This document shows, in pieces, positions 1 to 13,219 of a stretch of 64,000 nt of DNA. The position numbers and the translations under genes were made by a program. Each line of letters opens with the position of its first letter. The stretch's first letter is position 1. Source of the stretch: Paraspadella gotoi (lineage: Eukaryota > Animalia > Chaetognatha); NCBI GenBank assembly GCA_051294375.1, contig CM119270.1, forward strand, positions 15,332,863 through 15,396,862, written 5' to 3'. The notes under the pieces were generated by a model. It had not been told where the DNA came from. It saw only the letters and a list, made by a program, of their open reading frames with translations, and made no database searches.

Positions 1-1016
1 TTCCGCTCAACGATCTGAGGTGAGGAAAACGGGTGCGCGTGGGTGAGGTCATTTGAAAATTAGGTTTTTCGTTTTGTTAATTTACCATTTTGATGTCAAG
101 CTGAAGATATTGCAAGTAATTACATCATGGCATAACTCATGACATAACTTTTGCTCCCAATTACAGTTCTTTGGTCGGTCGCGGTGCTGCACCGGCGTCG
201 GTCTCGTCCAATAACCGCGCCGCCGACGCCGCCGACGCAGAGTTGTCGCGAATCGGGCGTGAACTCTGCCAGATCGCCGACGAAATTCAAGAGGATTTCG
301 AAAGGATGAGGAGGAGGAGAACTGCGAGGAGGGTAAGTGAAAGAGATGGAAGGAAAGGGGGGAGGAGGAAGGGTTAAATAAATATATATATAACACAAAG
401 ATAAGGTTTTTGTTGATTATTTCAAAAGGATAGCGTGAGCGGGGTTTTCATATCGCTCAGGAACAGTGGCTGGTAGATACTATTTGTACTATTTGTTAAT
501 TTTACAAAATAAATTCCCAGATAAATTTTTTTAGCAATTTAAAGTTACTCTTGTAAATTTCCTATTTTCGATTAAGATGATGAGACAATGAAGGGAGGAT
601 GTTAAAATTATCTTAGTTTTTTTTTCCGCGAAAATTTTTTTTCAAATAAGGACGACTAAGCAGATTGCAGAAAATTGCGTCAATAACAAGTTGACAATCT
701 AAAATATTGCTTACAATGATGTCATGTCTTTTATCTATACGTATGTATGAAAGCGTTTTATTCTCGCGACCTCAGTCGGACGAGGCTTTTTTTGTTTCGG
801 CGGGCGATGACGTCAATTATTTGAAGAATTTACGTCAGACTCTGGCGTAATAAAGTCAACTGGAAGCGAGGCAATGTAGGCGCGGTCAATATCGTATAGT
901 TAAGCTCCGTTGAACGGTGTCCACACTCAACACCTTTGGGCGAGAGAGTCGGGGACATTAAAGGGAAACCGAGAGAAGGGAATTCTCGTTCAATCACAAT
1001 TTGCCCTATAAATAAT

Positions 1017-1067
<51 letters not shown>

Positions 1068-1177
1068 AGAGATCGAGAGAAAGAGAGACGACCGAGGAGA
1101 GGAGAGAAGACAGACAGAGAAGACAGAGACGGTAATTCACGCCGAACGGGTGGTGCGACAGATTTCATCAAAATTGC
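1..1177 (+). repeat. Direct segmental duplicate of 20453-21640
   Basis: Colinear match by eye; the 3' part is essentially identical, the rest differs mostly by 1-nt indels. Confidence 0.95.
167..332 (+). CDS. BH3-motif exon of a BAD-like BH3-only pro-apoptotic protein (copy 1; the preceding exon ends at about nt 19)
   Basis: Acceptor ttacag|167, donor agg|gtaagt at 333. Open frame SLVGRG...AELSRIGRELCQIADEIQEDFERMRRRR fits the BH3 consensus Lxx(I/M)(A/G/S)DE and carries BAD's GREL. Confidence 0.7.
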
Positions 1178-1789
1178 ATGGCGCGCCTGTGGCAGAAGCA
1201 TTTTATGAGTCTCGTTTCTTTTAAATTACAGCGTGATTGGAAAAGAGACAAGACACAAGGACGGGAAAGGAAGGCATCGCGGTACATAAAAATAAAAGGA
1301 AAGAGAAAGCAAACACGGAGGAAGAGACCGGAACATTGGCCGAGACAAAACAAGTTTAAGAAAATGAGAACTGGAATATCAATTGAATAGCGGCGAGGAA
1401 AAGGCAGATTAGGAAAAAACTTAGCTAATGGAGTGGTGAAACAATTGGAGGTAAAACAATGAAGTGAAAAAGATAAAGATAGAAAGAAGAAAGTAAAGAA
1501 AGCCAAAAATAAGAAAGAAAGAAAGAAAGGAAAGAAGAAAGACAAGAAAGAAAAGAAAGATAAAGAAAGAAAGAAAAAGAAAGAAAGAAAGAAAGGAAAG
1601 AAAGAAAGAAAGCATCAAGCAAGCAAGCATGCAATCAACAAGCAGCAAGCAAGCAAAAAGTTAAAAACTCAAACCTCGATCACCTCGCTATTACATTGCT
1701 CACTGATTGAAGCTTTTCATTCCTTCCTTCCTTATTATCGCTCGCCTCCTCCCGTTAACCCGTTGCTTAAGGCCGCCATTTTTTCCGTA

Positions 1790-3046
1790 AATCGTTGCCA
1801 AGCGCCTCGATTTCCCTCGCAACCTCGTTTGCTAAGGTTCGCCGATCCCGTTCCCTACGGTTCTTCTCCGCCACGCCGCCGTTGCATAGCCGCTCGGACG
1901 CGTGCGTTGCCTAACTTTTCCGACCCGCTGCCGCGCCCGGCGCGTTATTGAGGTCTTACATATGCGCGTGCGAAGTCGTAATAAGCGGGAGAGAGAAAAA
2001 GGAGCAGGGAAAGAGAAAGGAAATCTTTTGACGTCTCGAGATTCGAGGAAAATAGCTGACCTAACTCTTTAATGCCTGAGACCGAAAGGTTATGTCTCCG
2101 CGCGACCGAGGAATTATTGGATGTCCAAGCTATAACAGCGAAAGGAGAAGAGGAGGGGAGGAGGAGGTAGGAGGAGTGAGGAGGATGAAAACACAACGAC
2201 TTTGCGCTGGCTGACGAATATTCAGGCGACTAATAAACATCGAAATGAGAAGACGATGACGATTCGGATGAGGGACGACGACGATAGAGAAGACCACGAC
2301 GATGATGATGCTTGATTGACGACAATGAAGAAGATGACAAAGTTCATGAGGATTGTGAAGAAACAGGCCTCAAAGAGAAAACAAAAAAAATATAAATTGA
2401 AAAACTTCAACAACAAAAATTGTTGTAGAAGAAAAATATCCTTGCGAAAATAAAACCTCAAAAACAAAACGCCGCCAAATTCAAAAAAAACGGAAATCGA
2501 CTCCTTAAACATCTAGACAAAACAAATAAAAAACGAGAATAAAAAACAATCGAAAACGAAGGTAAAACAAACGTCCATCGAAACCAAAAACAAACAGAAA
2601 TTCGGACCGAAAAAAAAAACCGGAGAAAAGGCGGACGAGGGTCGTTCTTAATCAGCGCAACGACCTTTCCTTGTCCACTGCCCCACTGTGCTCTTAATGC
2701 CCCCCCCCTCCGCCCCTAAAACTCGCCGCAATTCAAATTCCCACTTTCGTCGCCCCCTCTCCCGCCATTTCGAGTTCCCCTGCCTTCCCCCCAAATAAAA
2801 TAAAGCGGGTCTTGGCGAAGAGACGACGGTCGACACAAACAACTCCGGCGAACTTTTTGACAAGCGCTATAACAGGGAAGACTTTCGCAGGGAGTCAGGC
2901 GCTAAACAGGGAAGACTATCCGCAGGAGGTCAGGCGCTGGACAGGGAAGACTTCCGCGGGAAGTAAGCGCGCTGGACAGAGGGAATACTTCCGCAGGGAG
3001 CGCCAGGCGCTGGACAGGGGTAATGGGGCTGAGGAAGTAAATCAGG
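1790..3046 (+). CDS. Putative large frameshifted exon with acidic tract and 12-aa charged repeats; unknown protein
   Basis: Poly-E then EDDDDSDE..EDHDDDD..NEEDDKVHEDCEET, then REDFRRERQALD-like repeats, ending at donor tcag|gtaagc (3047). Confidence 0.35.
2870..3020 (+). repeat. About 36-bp tandem repeat x4 (gacagggaagacttccgcagggagcgtcaggcgctg-like)
   Basis: acaggg/acagag recurs at about 2872, 2906, 2941, 2977, 3014. Confidence 0.85.
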
Positions 3047-4309
3047 TAAGCGTTTCTTAAAACAGCGAATAAGGAACTAAGACCCTAGATTTGATGTCCA
3101 ATGCGCTGGTCCAAGGGACGTTTGACAGCAACTTTTGTATGTGCAAGTTGGGGTCTTTTTTCGAACGGAGTTGTGAAAATAGAAGAAAAAAGGTAAAACA
3201 GGCCCAAACCTCAACTTAACATTTCAGCAGGGCGGCCGAAACAGGCGGATACCAACACAAAGGGTCTAAAAGAGCCTTACCGGACACAATCAGTGGTGGA
3301 CAAGTAAACCGGTTCAGCGGAAAGAGAGGGGGAGTCGTTTCGAGCATTTGCCGAACAAAGAGAGGTCAATTAGAGAAGGTCGGTACCTCTCTCTCTCCTC
3401 TCTCTCNNNNNNNNNNNNNNNNNNNNNNNNNGAGAGAGAGATCTAAGTATTGAATTCAAATCTTCGATGAAGGACTAATTCTGGAATCCAGTTTTCCAGC
3501 AAACTAGGATAATAAATTTATAATGTAAACAAGTACGTAATGTTAACACCCTGTAAAACAAGTTGTTCACAAATTAGTGCCGACCTCGGTTAGTTAACGC
3601 CGACGACGCATTTTCCGCCAATGTCGGCCAAGTTTGGCGTCGACATCGAATAATCCTTTCCCTCTCTTTTTTTCTTTTTCTTTCTTTTTTTTGAAAATAC
3701 AAAAGAAAAAAGAAACGAGGTGTTTGACCCTGAGGACCCGATGTTTGGCTGTAAACAGAATCGAGAGCAAACTGTAATTGAATGCTCCACCTTATTCTCT
3801 CTCTCTCNNNNNNNNNNTCTCTCTCTGAAAGGTCAACGAAAGGCCCTACCTATGTCTCACCCTCGCGCCGCTCAATTACCTCACTCCTGACCTCTATAAT
3901 CACCCAACGCTTAAAATCTCGCCGAGAGCCAGAGTTATCGCTCGACCCCTTCACCCTTGGTCCGACTCCTTATCTCGTTGTGCGGAATCTCTCTCTATCT
4001 CTCTCTCTCTCTCTCTCTTATCCTCTCTCCTCTCCTCGTCTCTCCTCTCTCTCTCGCTCTCTCTAAAATCATGGGTCGCTATATCCTGTGACCTATCACC
4101 TCGTTCTCTTACCACCCGATGTCACTTTCGCACCTTCGATCTCTGTCACACTCAATCACCTCGGATTCAATCCCGCAATCACCCTACCTTTTCCCCGCTT
4201 TCTCCTCATTGACCTTCACCCCATGTAATTATGACGGAGTCACGGCCGTTCATTGCGGTCTCACTCCTTCTTCGGCCGCAACTCAAATCACCTCCCCACC
4301 GCCCCCCTT

Positions 4310-4422
4310 CGATCCGAGCGCATCCCCGAAAGTGATCTAGCATCGCCTGTCGAAGCAGGCCATCGCCGTTGGTTTCCATAACACGTTGAGACAGAGAGAG
4401 AGAGAAGAGAGAGAGAAGAGAG

Positions 4423-4474
<52 letters not shown>

Positions 4475-4920
4475 ACACAACAATGAAGCGATGAGAGGAA
4501 ATGCGACGAGCTGGTGAAGGAAGTCAACGGAGGGGACAGGAATGTCGGTCGTCGACTTCAAGTCGTCCTCGTCAAATCGGAAACGACATGGAGTGACATC
4601 CTATGACAATCTCTATTGATACTTTGCATGAATCAAAAAAGTACAGAATGATATTAGTTACACTAAGTAAAAAATCCTCACTCTTCTACCCCAATCACAT
4701 TCAATCTAACGAATTTTTTCTCCAATTTTCCTTTCGCAACGACGACTTAAAATCTTCTGACCTTTTTCTTTTTCCCGCGCGCCGTATCTCGAGCTTGCGT
4801 TGCCCACGCTTTAACGATTCCAGAGAGTTATCTTTAACCCTTGCCTTTTTTTTCGTCCGCTAATCGACCGATTGAAATCTTTACTTCATATATACTCGAT
4901 CCGGCGATCTCTAAATCCTT
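4310..4920 (+). repeat. Direct duplicate of 15857-16560 (second copy interrupted by an N-gap)
   Basis: Shared gatccg..gcatccccgaa..gcaggccatcgccgttggtttccataacacg and ...tttacttcatatatactcg. Confidence 0.9.
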
Positions 4921-5190
4921 ACGGTCTGCCGTAACTTTTGTGATCTCGGTCCTTTTCAACTTTTTCGCCCCTTTTCTCTTGCTGTATACTTCAAAATCCT
5001 TACAACAGTGCTCTTCTCCTCCAGCGCTCCTCCCTGCCTGCCCTGCCCTTCACTCCAGTGCCCCTTTCCTTCTTCTCTCTTCCGATGGAGCGGAAAAGGG
5101 CAAAAAACGGTCAGAAATTTGTCCGACTGGGTCACTCGGTGGCGAAAATCCGGCGTTCCCAAAGTGTGGGTTTATGAACCAAGAAGACAC

Positions 5191-5227
<37 letters not shown>

Positions 5228-5259
5228 GAGAAAGAGAGAGAGAGAGAAAGAGGTTACCA

Positions 5260-6344
5260 TTGATAATGGGTTACCGCGGCGAACCGCATGTACAGGGGGC
5301 TCATGGGGCCATAAAACTTATGCAGGGCAAAAGATTGGCTTCACTTTTGACCCTGAGTTTTATTGCGTGTTGGGCATTGGTTATATCCTTTATTGACGAG
5401 TGACTGGAGTCGGATTTGATTGTCCCGTTATATGTGAAGTCAGGACGTCATACTCCAAAGCGTTTGGTGGCACTTTTTACTTGTCTCAAGAATGCGCGCT
5501 ATCCATTTGGAACCACTGAGGGATATATAAGCTCTGCAGTTCTTGAAGTGCCTTTGAACGTTTTCCGTGCTCGACGCGCCGGATGTCAAGCGTCTTTGGA
5601 GCGACAATGGCACAAACTTCGTGGGTGCACCCAAAGAGTTGGATGAGTGCTCTACACAAGTGGAACCAAGAGGCCGAAGAACAGTTCAAGCATCATCATA
5701 TTCAAGTGGCTCTTCAATCCTGCTGAGGCGCCCATTGGGGGAGGCGCCTGGAATCTTGCTCGTCAAGATTGAGAAAGCGTTTATTGTCCCTTATTCAGGG
5801 AAAAGACCGTCTCGACGTCGTATCACGAGCCCCTACTTTTGCTCAGTGGAGAACATTGTGAATGATGCCGTCCTATTACGAAGGGAATCCTATAGCGCGG
5901 AAGGATCCGCCCGCCCGCCTTATGTGCCCGTCCATGTTGCTGTTCCCGGTCTTCCTGCCTTCTGGTGGCGCCTCTGGAACTTGGGTCGTCTCCTCCGATG
6001 TCTTTGATGGACAGTGGCGCCCCGCCGCAGCTGCATGGCAGAAAGCTACGTGCCCTTGCTGAATGAGTTTTGGAAGCGGTGGCGCTATGAGTATATTGCG
6101 CCCGAGCTGCAACAGCGCCAGAAAGGGACGAGTCAACACGCAAATCGATCAAAGAGGGCGACATCGTTTATCTATTCTCGGAGACGACAAGCCTACCTCG
6201 GTCCATTGGAGTCCTTTGCCATATATAGAGGACGCCGCTCGGATGGCACTCAGTGCGCCGTGTCCGAGTCCGTACGGCAAAAGGAACTGTCCCTTCGACC
6301 GAGATCGCTCCAACGGTAGCTTGGTCCTCCCTCGGAAGCCATAA
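5260..6344 (+). mobile_element. BEL/Pao LTR-retrotransposon pol remnant (integrase core and C-terminal region), frameshifted
   Basis: Motifs across frames: TGVD..PLYVK...VALFTCL..RAIHLE, LWSDNGTNFVGA.KEL, WLFNP.EAP.WGGAWE, CSVENIVN.RP, FWKRWRYEY..ELQQRQK, VRTAKG. Confidence 0.9.
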
Positions 6345-6595
6345 GAGACGGGAGAAAGGAACCTTGGATATTTCTGATTCTATCAATGCTTAGATTTTTA
6401 TCTGTGTAAGTGTACATTTTATTTGTAGATGTTTTTAACCATTTTTTATCGCAGATGATTTTACGCATTTTTTTATTTATAGATTGGTTTTAATCTTTTT
6501 AGTATGATTAGTCCCTAATTGTTTTAGCGCTAACGCCGATCATTTACTTGTTCGCTTTTATTATCGATGCGGAAACCCCCTGATGGCGGGGGTAA

Positions 6596-6781
6596 TGGAG
6601 AAAGCGATACCCTTTATTGCGCGTATAATTGTTTTAGGTTTCGTTTAGATCGATAGAATCATTTGTTTCCGTTGAATTATCTGAATTTACTCTTCCCCGG
6701 CGATCAGCTGTTATTAGAGCTTATACGAACGAGCGTGTTCAGTTTTATCTTTCACGAAGTCTTTTACTCTCAATATCAACA
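6596..6781 (+). mobile_element. Putative 3' LTR of the BEL/Pao element
   Basis: G-rich PPT-like ggcgggggtaa directly followed by TG..., segment ending ...tcaaCA. No 5' LTR in the window to confirm it. Confidence 0.35.
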
Positions 6782-7365
6782 GTGTGGTAAGAAATGAAAG
6801 GAAATACTTAATAATGATTTGTACTACTTTACTGCTAAAATGTTTTAATTCTCTATTCTGGAACCCAAATTGAAAAGGTTAGTTATCATTGGATTTATAT
6901 TGAGATTGTAGCTTAGGTTATATAGTTACTTTAAGTTTAAGGTATTAAAGTTTATACTAATGGTTAGCGATTGTCTATTTTTTGGGTAGTTTTAACATTG
7001 GCCTTGCCCCATCTACTTGAACCCTCTTCTTGCCTTACCTGTCCTTCTACATGCTTGACATGAATTATTTGTACCTGAGATTGGAAATTGTATTATCGTC
7101 AAAATGTGGCTACTATTTTGCTTTATTACATGGTTCCTAAGATAGATAAGGTTATAGTTAAGGTGTGTTTACCATGTTAGAAAACTGTTTTGGTTTCCAA
7201 AGGATACTTATTTGAGAGTAGTTGAACACGGGATTGAATTCAATAATTAATTAGGGCACAAATTAGGGCATCTAGAAGAAGTAGAAGATGAAGACTTAGA
7301 CTTGTTTTACTTTGCGATAATGCGTCGGAATTGTCTAGGTCGGGCCGGCGCGTTAAGAAGCGCTT

Positions 7366-7800
7366 CAGGGGGAAAATGAAGATGGGATTGGGAATGAAAA
7401 GAAATGGATTGGGGAATGTAGAAGTGGACTGGGGAATGTAAGATGGGATTGGGGGAAGAAAGAATGGATTCGGGGAATGTAAGAAATGGAATTGGGAATG
7501 TAAGAATGGATTGGGAATGTAAGAAATGGATTGGGGAATGTTAAGAATGGATTGGGGAATGTAAGAATGGATTGGGGAATGAAAGATGGGATTGGGGGAA
7601 TGAAAAGATGGGATTGGGGGGGAAATGTAGAGATGGGATTGGGGGAATGAAGAGATGGGATTGGGGGAAATGTAAGAAATGGATTGGGGGATGAACAGAA
7701 TGGATTGGGAATGAAAGATGGGATTGGGGAATGAAAGATGGGATGGGGATGTAAAGAAGGATTGGGGGAAAGAAAGATGGGATTAGGGGAGATGAAGAGT
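7366..7800 (+). repeat. About 21-23-bp G-rich minisatellite (gggaatgtaagaatggattgg)n
   Basis: About 19 degenerate units visible. Confidence 0.9.
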
Positions 7801-8889
7801 GAGGGCAGAGGATAATTTTGCTGTGATGACAATGTGTTTTGAGAGAACGCACAAAAACGCATCTGTTTACCAAAAAGCAATAATAGTCCTTTGTTGCATG
7901 TGACGAATAAGATTGGATTAGAAAAGATGGGATTCATAAGACGAAATAAGATAGTTGTGTAATATAAATAAAAAATTATTGGGAAAGGGAAAATGTGTAT
8001 TAATATTTATTGTGCGTCTATCATTGATAATATGTAACCAAGATTTTGACTCCGCTACTTATTAATATTAATCGTTCTATATTGTACAACGTGCATAAAA
8101 GGTGTAACAACAGACGACTCTTTGAAATTTCTATTTTCCGGTCGTGAAGAACCAAACTTGGATTAAAGGATCCGGAAAACTGGGAAAGAGAAATAGAGAT
8201 AGAAGTTAGTATAGTTAAAAAGAAAGGAAAAAAAACAGCCCAGAAGGGAAAGTGAGCTATCTGGTCGTTGTCTAATTGATGGAATTCTCTGCCATTCGTT
8301 TCTTTTCTCTTTGGTTTCTGTCTTCGATTCAAATTGTTCTTCTCTGTCCAAATTGTGTTTCTTCATTATTTCAGCATAAACAAGGAACGGTTATTCCAGA
8401 GTGTTGGCGGGCCGGCAAATTACTTATCTTTTTAGCTTCTTATATCATTGTTATTCTGTTAAATAGTTTATAAGCATTCGTGCTGCTCTTTAAAACGGAC
8501 ATACCCAGGAACCGGACCGACGGGACGTTGCGCGACCGAAAAAGTGACTTTAATAAGAAGTTGCTGTCCGCGAGTACTCGCGGGTGCAACTCTGGATAAA
8601 AAATTTCGTATCTCCTTAATTGGATGTTTTTCTTTTCGTACGTTACGCGTTGAGGACGGAACTCTATCAGACCACCACGGGCCCACGCCCTTATCTGTCT
8701 GTCGGGTGTCTAAACGTTTAATGTTTTAAGCACACCGACGAGAAAGAAAAATGTTACGTAAAAAGGTTTGATGGTCTGAATTACACTCCATTTTCCGGAG
8801 GCCGCGATGAAAAAGTCACAAATAGGAAAGGAGGAAGAGGACCGCAGCAAGCAGAAGCAGCAGGAGGCGCGAGGAAAATCAATAGAAAA

Positions 8890-11190
8890 GAAAGAATGAT
8901 GGATCCGGTGATTTGAGGCGATCAAATTAGTCCTTATTTTCATCCCATCGGTTTTCCTGTTTTACAATTCCATCTCCCCCTGGGCCCGCTACCGCACTTC
9001 TAGAAAGGTGGGACTTGGTCGACATGGTCATCCGACCCAGCATGTTGGGCCTCAAGATTATCCTGGAGGCCGAAGACACCCGTTTTCTACAAGTCGGAGA
9101 AAACGGGCAGAGGACACTGGGGCAAGAATTTGGATCGCCGCAGGCCCCGCACCGTCATAGTGCGCTTACAAGCTTTGGCAAAGTGAGTGGAACGACGTTA
9201 GGGGCCGGTGGTGATTGGTAGAATTTTAATTTGCTGCTCATAATTAATGGTAAAATATGATTTGGTTAAGTTTACAAAACTCTATTTGACATGCACGTTT
9301 TTATTGATGAATACAGGTGAGGAATAATTTCCGTATTAATCATTTGTATATGATTTAATAATTAGTTTCACTTTCGGTTACCAGAAGTTCAGAAAAATTA
9401 AATGACATCTTAAAGTAAATTAATTTCTGTTACCTTCATACAAAATGATCTAATTCATTCAGCCATACCTGTCCATGATTTTGACTCTGGACAAGATTAA
9501 TGACACTTTGGCATGTGATCGTTTTTACCATGCTTGCCTTCGGCAGGTGTGAGTTTCCGCTTACTGGGGCATCGCCAGAGCAAATTGGAGAAGTGTCATC
9601 ACGACCGGTACGTCCTCCAGGAAGACGATGCTGCGGCGCCGCATCGTCAGGCGTGGGCCGTGGCAGGACGAGTGGTCGGACTCACCATCGCTGACATCCG
9701 TCTCCTCGAACTCGAAGCTCAGGAAGGAATTGGCCGAAAGGATGAGGGAGTTCGCTGAGAAAAGTGTGAGACCCTCTTTCCTCTCTCTCTCCTCTCTCTC
9801 AGTCTCTCTCGGTCTCTCTCTCTCCCTCTCTCAGCACACACTCAGAAATGTGAGAACTCTCTCTCTCCTCCTTCTCTCTCTCTCGGCATCTCTCTCTCCC
9901 TTCCTCTCTCTCGCCCTCTCACAACACGGACACCTCAGAAATGTGAGACTCTGCGTCCTCCTCTCACCTCGGTCGTGATCTCTCCTTCCTCTCTCACACA
10001 CACACTCAGGAAATGTGAGACTCCTCCTCGTCTGCTCTCTCTCACACACACACACAACACACCAATTGATAGGCAAAAAGCCAAAATGCTAATTACGTAC
10101 CTTTTTTTGTATTTTCGGGAGAAAAGCGCCAACTATTTTGATTATGCAATAAATTAATTCATGAATGATTAGATTTCTTTTTAGTTTCTGGCTTCAAATA
10201 TTTTTCAGTCTCTCTCTCTCGTCTCTCTCTCGTCTCTCTCTCTCTCTCTTCTCACACACAGAAAATGTGAGACTCTCTCAACACACACACTCACAGAAAT
10301 GTGAGTCTCTCTCTTCTCTCTCTCTCTCTCCTCACACACACAGAAATGTGAGACTCCTCTCTCTCTGCCACACACACACACACAAATATAAGAAAAAGCC
10401 AAAAATCTAATTACGTATCCTTTTTTCGTATTTCGAAAAGCGCAAATATTTTGATTAAAGCAAAATAATTAATTCATGAATCGAATTAATTTCTTTTTTT
10501 AGGAGTTTTCTGGCTCAATATTTTTCAGGCCTTTTTTTTATTCTTTTCCATCTTTTCCTCATCCCTTCTTTATCCTCCCATTCCGTCTCCCCTCTCCCTC
10601 CCAAACCCACTTCTCTCCTCCCAACCCCACCCTTCTCTCCCTCGCCACCCCACTTCTCTCTCTCCCAAACCCACCTTCGTGCTCCCTCCCACCCCGCACC
10701 TTCTCCTCCTTCCACCCCACCTTCTCTTCTCCCCATCCACCAGCCTTCTCTCCTTCCACCCCAACTTCTCCTCCCTCCCACCCACCTTCTCATCCCTCCA
10801 CCCCACCTTCTCTCCCCTCCACCCCACCTTCTCTCCCTCCACCCCACCTTCTCTCCCTCCCACTCACATCTTCTCTCCCTACCCCAGCCCACCCTTCTAC
10901 TCCCTTCTACCCTTTTCAGGAAGACGCCGACTCCTCCACGTCCGCCACCCGCGATCGCGCCATCCTCCACATCTTCCACGCCCATGCGGGCCGCGCATCA
11001 ACGCGTCGGCGGCAGCGGCGGAGCGCCCTGGAGACGGCCGATCCCGCGCCTGCGCCGCTGTCCAGCGACAAGGCGCGGCGCGTTGACGCGGCCCATCGAC
11101 GCACTTGGAGTCCGAGAAGTGAGGGCCTCTCGTGGAGGATGCGCGCCATCGCTCCAGGATGATGACGACGACTCAGATTCCTTCCAGTGA
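8890..11190 (+). CDS. Multi-exon gene encoding two tandem death domains (FADD-like adaptor); exons about 8960-9182, 9547-9765, 10920-11190, possibly further 5' exons at 8375-8930
   Basis: Frameshift-corrected: DD1 ...LERWDLV...RIWIAAGP.TVIVRLQALAK|CEF; DD2 AWAVAGRVVGLTIADIRLLELE..ELAERMRE(LLRKW)|EDADSSTSATRD.ILHIFHA.GR. Donors gtgagt (9183) and gtgag (9766); acceptors at 9546 and 10919; stop at 11188-11190. Confidence 0.6.
9760..10525 (+). repeat. Intronic compound repeat (cacactcagaaatgtgagactc + (CT)n), plus a 135-bp direct duplication 10070-10205 / 10390-10525
   Basis: cagaaatgtgag-like core recurs about 7 times. Confidence 0.85.
10590..10900 (+). repeat. About 21-bp C-rich minisatellite (cccaccccaccttctctccct)n running into a splice acceptor
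   Basis: Directly visible units. Confidence 0.85.
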
Positions 11191-13219
11191 GGAATCGCCA
11201 TTTGGTTTCAAGGGGAAAAAATATTCTGTGTTGTTTTGGATATTTTTTTGTTTGGATTGAATTAGTTTCAATGTGTTTAAAAATATAATTTTTTCGATGC
11301 ATTTCTTTTGAGTTTTAATGAATTGAATGATGAATGAGCATTTTTGATTTGATAGGTCATTATTTTTGCTAATTATTTAAAATATATTTAATGCAATTGA
11401 TGTTGCTTACATTTTATTCATTGGATTTGATTTATTGATTCGATGATTTTTAATTGATTTTGGTTTGGTTTGATTTTGGGTTCGCGCCTAACAATCAGAC
11501 CTCTTTTCGACAATGGAATCTTGAACTTAATTTACGGTTCATCCTCTGATGATCTCATTGACTAGTAAATGGAATTCTTTCTCAATTTTAGAGAAAAAAC
11601 GGTAGGGCTATAGCTTTTATCTTCCTCTTTTAGTGACATAGTAAAACGGTCCCAGATAAAATTCTATGAGTTAAAAATACGGTAAGACAAGATTTCTTTC
11701 GTGCTTATCAATCTAATCTCATTAACTTCCTTAGGTTTTAAAAAAAGTATGTATGAAATTTTCCATGGTAACGAAAACTTTTAAAAGATCGAATTCCCCT
11801 AGTAATAATTTTTGTATCTTTTATTTTAGAGCAAACTAATTCCAGAAAAAGGACACCACAAGATCTGTTACCAATTTTTCCTTCTCATATCCTTCGTTGG
11901 TTATTCTTTCTCGTTACCGTTTCCTTGCTTCACCAGCTTTTTCATTTTTTCTAACCCTCTTTCCCTCCCTTTCTTATCACGACCCTCACTTTCCATTTTT
12001 TTTAACCCCTACCTTTCCCTGCTTCTCCTCCATTTCCCTTAATCTTTTTTTTTCTCTTATTCTCTCCTTCCCTTTCTTTCCCCTTTTTTTTCTTTAAATT
12101 TCCCCCCTCCTTTCCGCCTTATCTCTTAATCTCTCTACCTTTTATCCCCTTTGCCTTCTCTTTTCCTTTTTTCACCTCATTTCTCTTCATCTTCCCCTTC
12201 TCCTCTTCTTGTTCTCCTTTTCCTCTTTCTTATCACTTATTTTCTTCAATTTAGATTGAATCAAATCAAATGAAAATTCCTTATGATTCATTATAAGAAA
12301 GAAATGAACGGTAAGCGCATGATTTTCTATTCAATTTTGGTTGGCCTAGCAAATTGTAGTAAATCGAACAGGATTTTGCGGAAAAATTTTTCCGCAAATC
12401 TGTCGATTCTGAGAAAAAACAAGTCTGAAAGCTTTCCATTGGGTTAAAGGAATGCGGTTTTGTTTTTTTTTAAATTAAATCAAGGTCAGTATGTACCTCA
12501 TCTTTTAAAAACTAAATAAAATGAGTTGAAAATATTCTCTTTATCAGAGAGAAATAAGATGCAAGTCAGCAAAAAGTCACAATTAAAAGACGTCTTGTAA
12601 AAAATTATCTTGTGGCTAAACCAAAAAGAGTTATTTTGTATTTTAATAGGGTGTTAAAAAGCCTTATTCAATAGGCTTAAGATATTTTCTGTTAATTTCA
12701 ACGCAATTTGATTGTATTTTTGTTTCAACACAATTAATGATAAAGACCTGAAAAACTCCAACTTTTTGACTTGTTAACCTTTAAAATTAATTCATAGCAA
12801 ACTATAATGATTTAAGCTACAATAAATTTACCCAGAGGTAAAGAAGATAAGAAAGAAACGGATTTCCAAAGTAAAAAATTTTTGCTCAAACTTTCCTTGG
12901 CATTCAAATCAAGAAAGGGTCGTAATAAAAAAAAATGGGACAAAAATGGACATATTTTTTTGGGCTAAAAGTTGCCAAAATGGCAACTATTTTATCAATT
13001 AGAACGGGTTGGAGATGTTCTAAACGCAATCCTTCGTCGCCTACAATGTTGTGTATGTGGTAACAAAGTATAATCATCATTGTAAGTACAACTGAACGGA
13101 ATAGTGGAAAGGAAGTCGTTGTTTTTTCGCGAAATGCAACGTTTGGTACGCGGAACCTTTGGGTTTAAATAAATTGTTCTGTTCTTCCTCTTTTGTTATC
13201 TCTTCTTGCTCTTAACCTT

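Larger units (their letters stand above)
1177..3406 (+). repeat. Segment duplicated in inverted orientation at 16564-19014
   Basis: ORF 2812..3060(+) is identical to 16911..17159(-); ends match (gcatggcgcg... at 1177 vs ...cgcgccatgc at 19014). Confidence 0.95.

Noticed and set aside
655-700. Second BH3-like string (KQIGRKLRQI)
   Set aside because: Arises only by mixing frames of the two noisy copies; no conserved Asp.
4340-4390. EF-hand-like loop METNGDGLL(STGD) on the minus strand (also about 15880-15930)
   Set aside because: Position 1 is Glu in both copies, the copies disagree downstream, and no partner EF-hand is visible.
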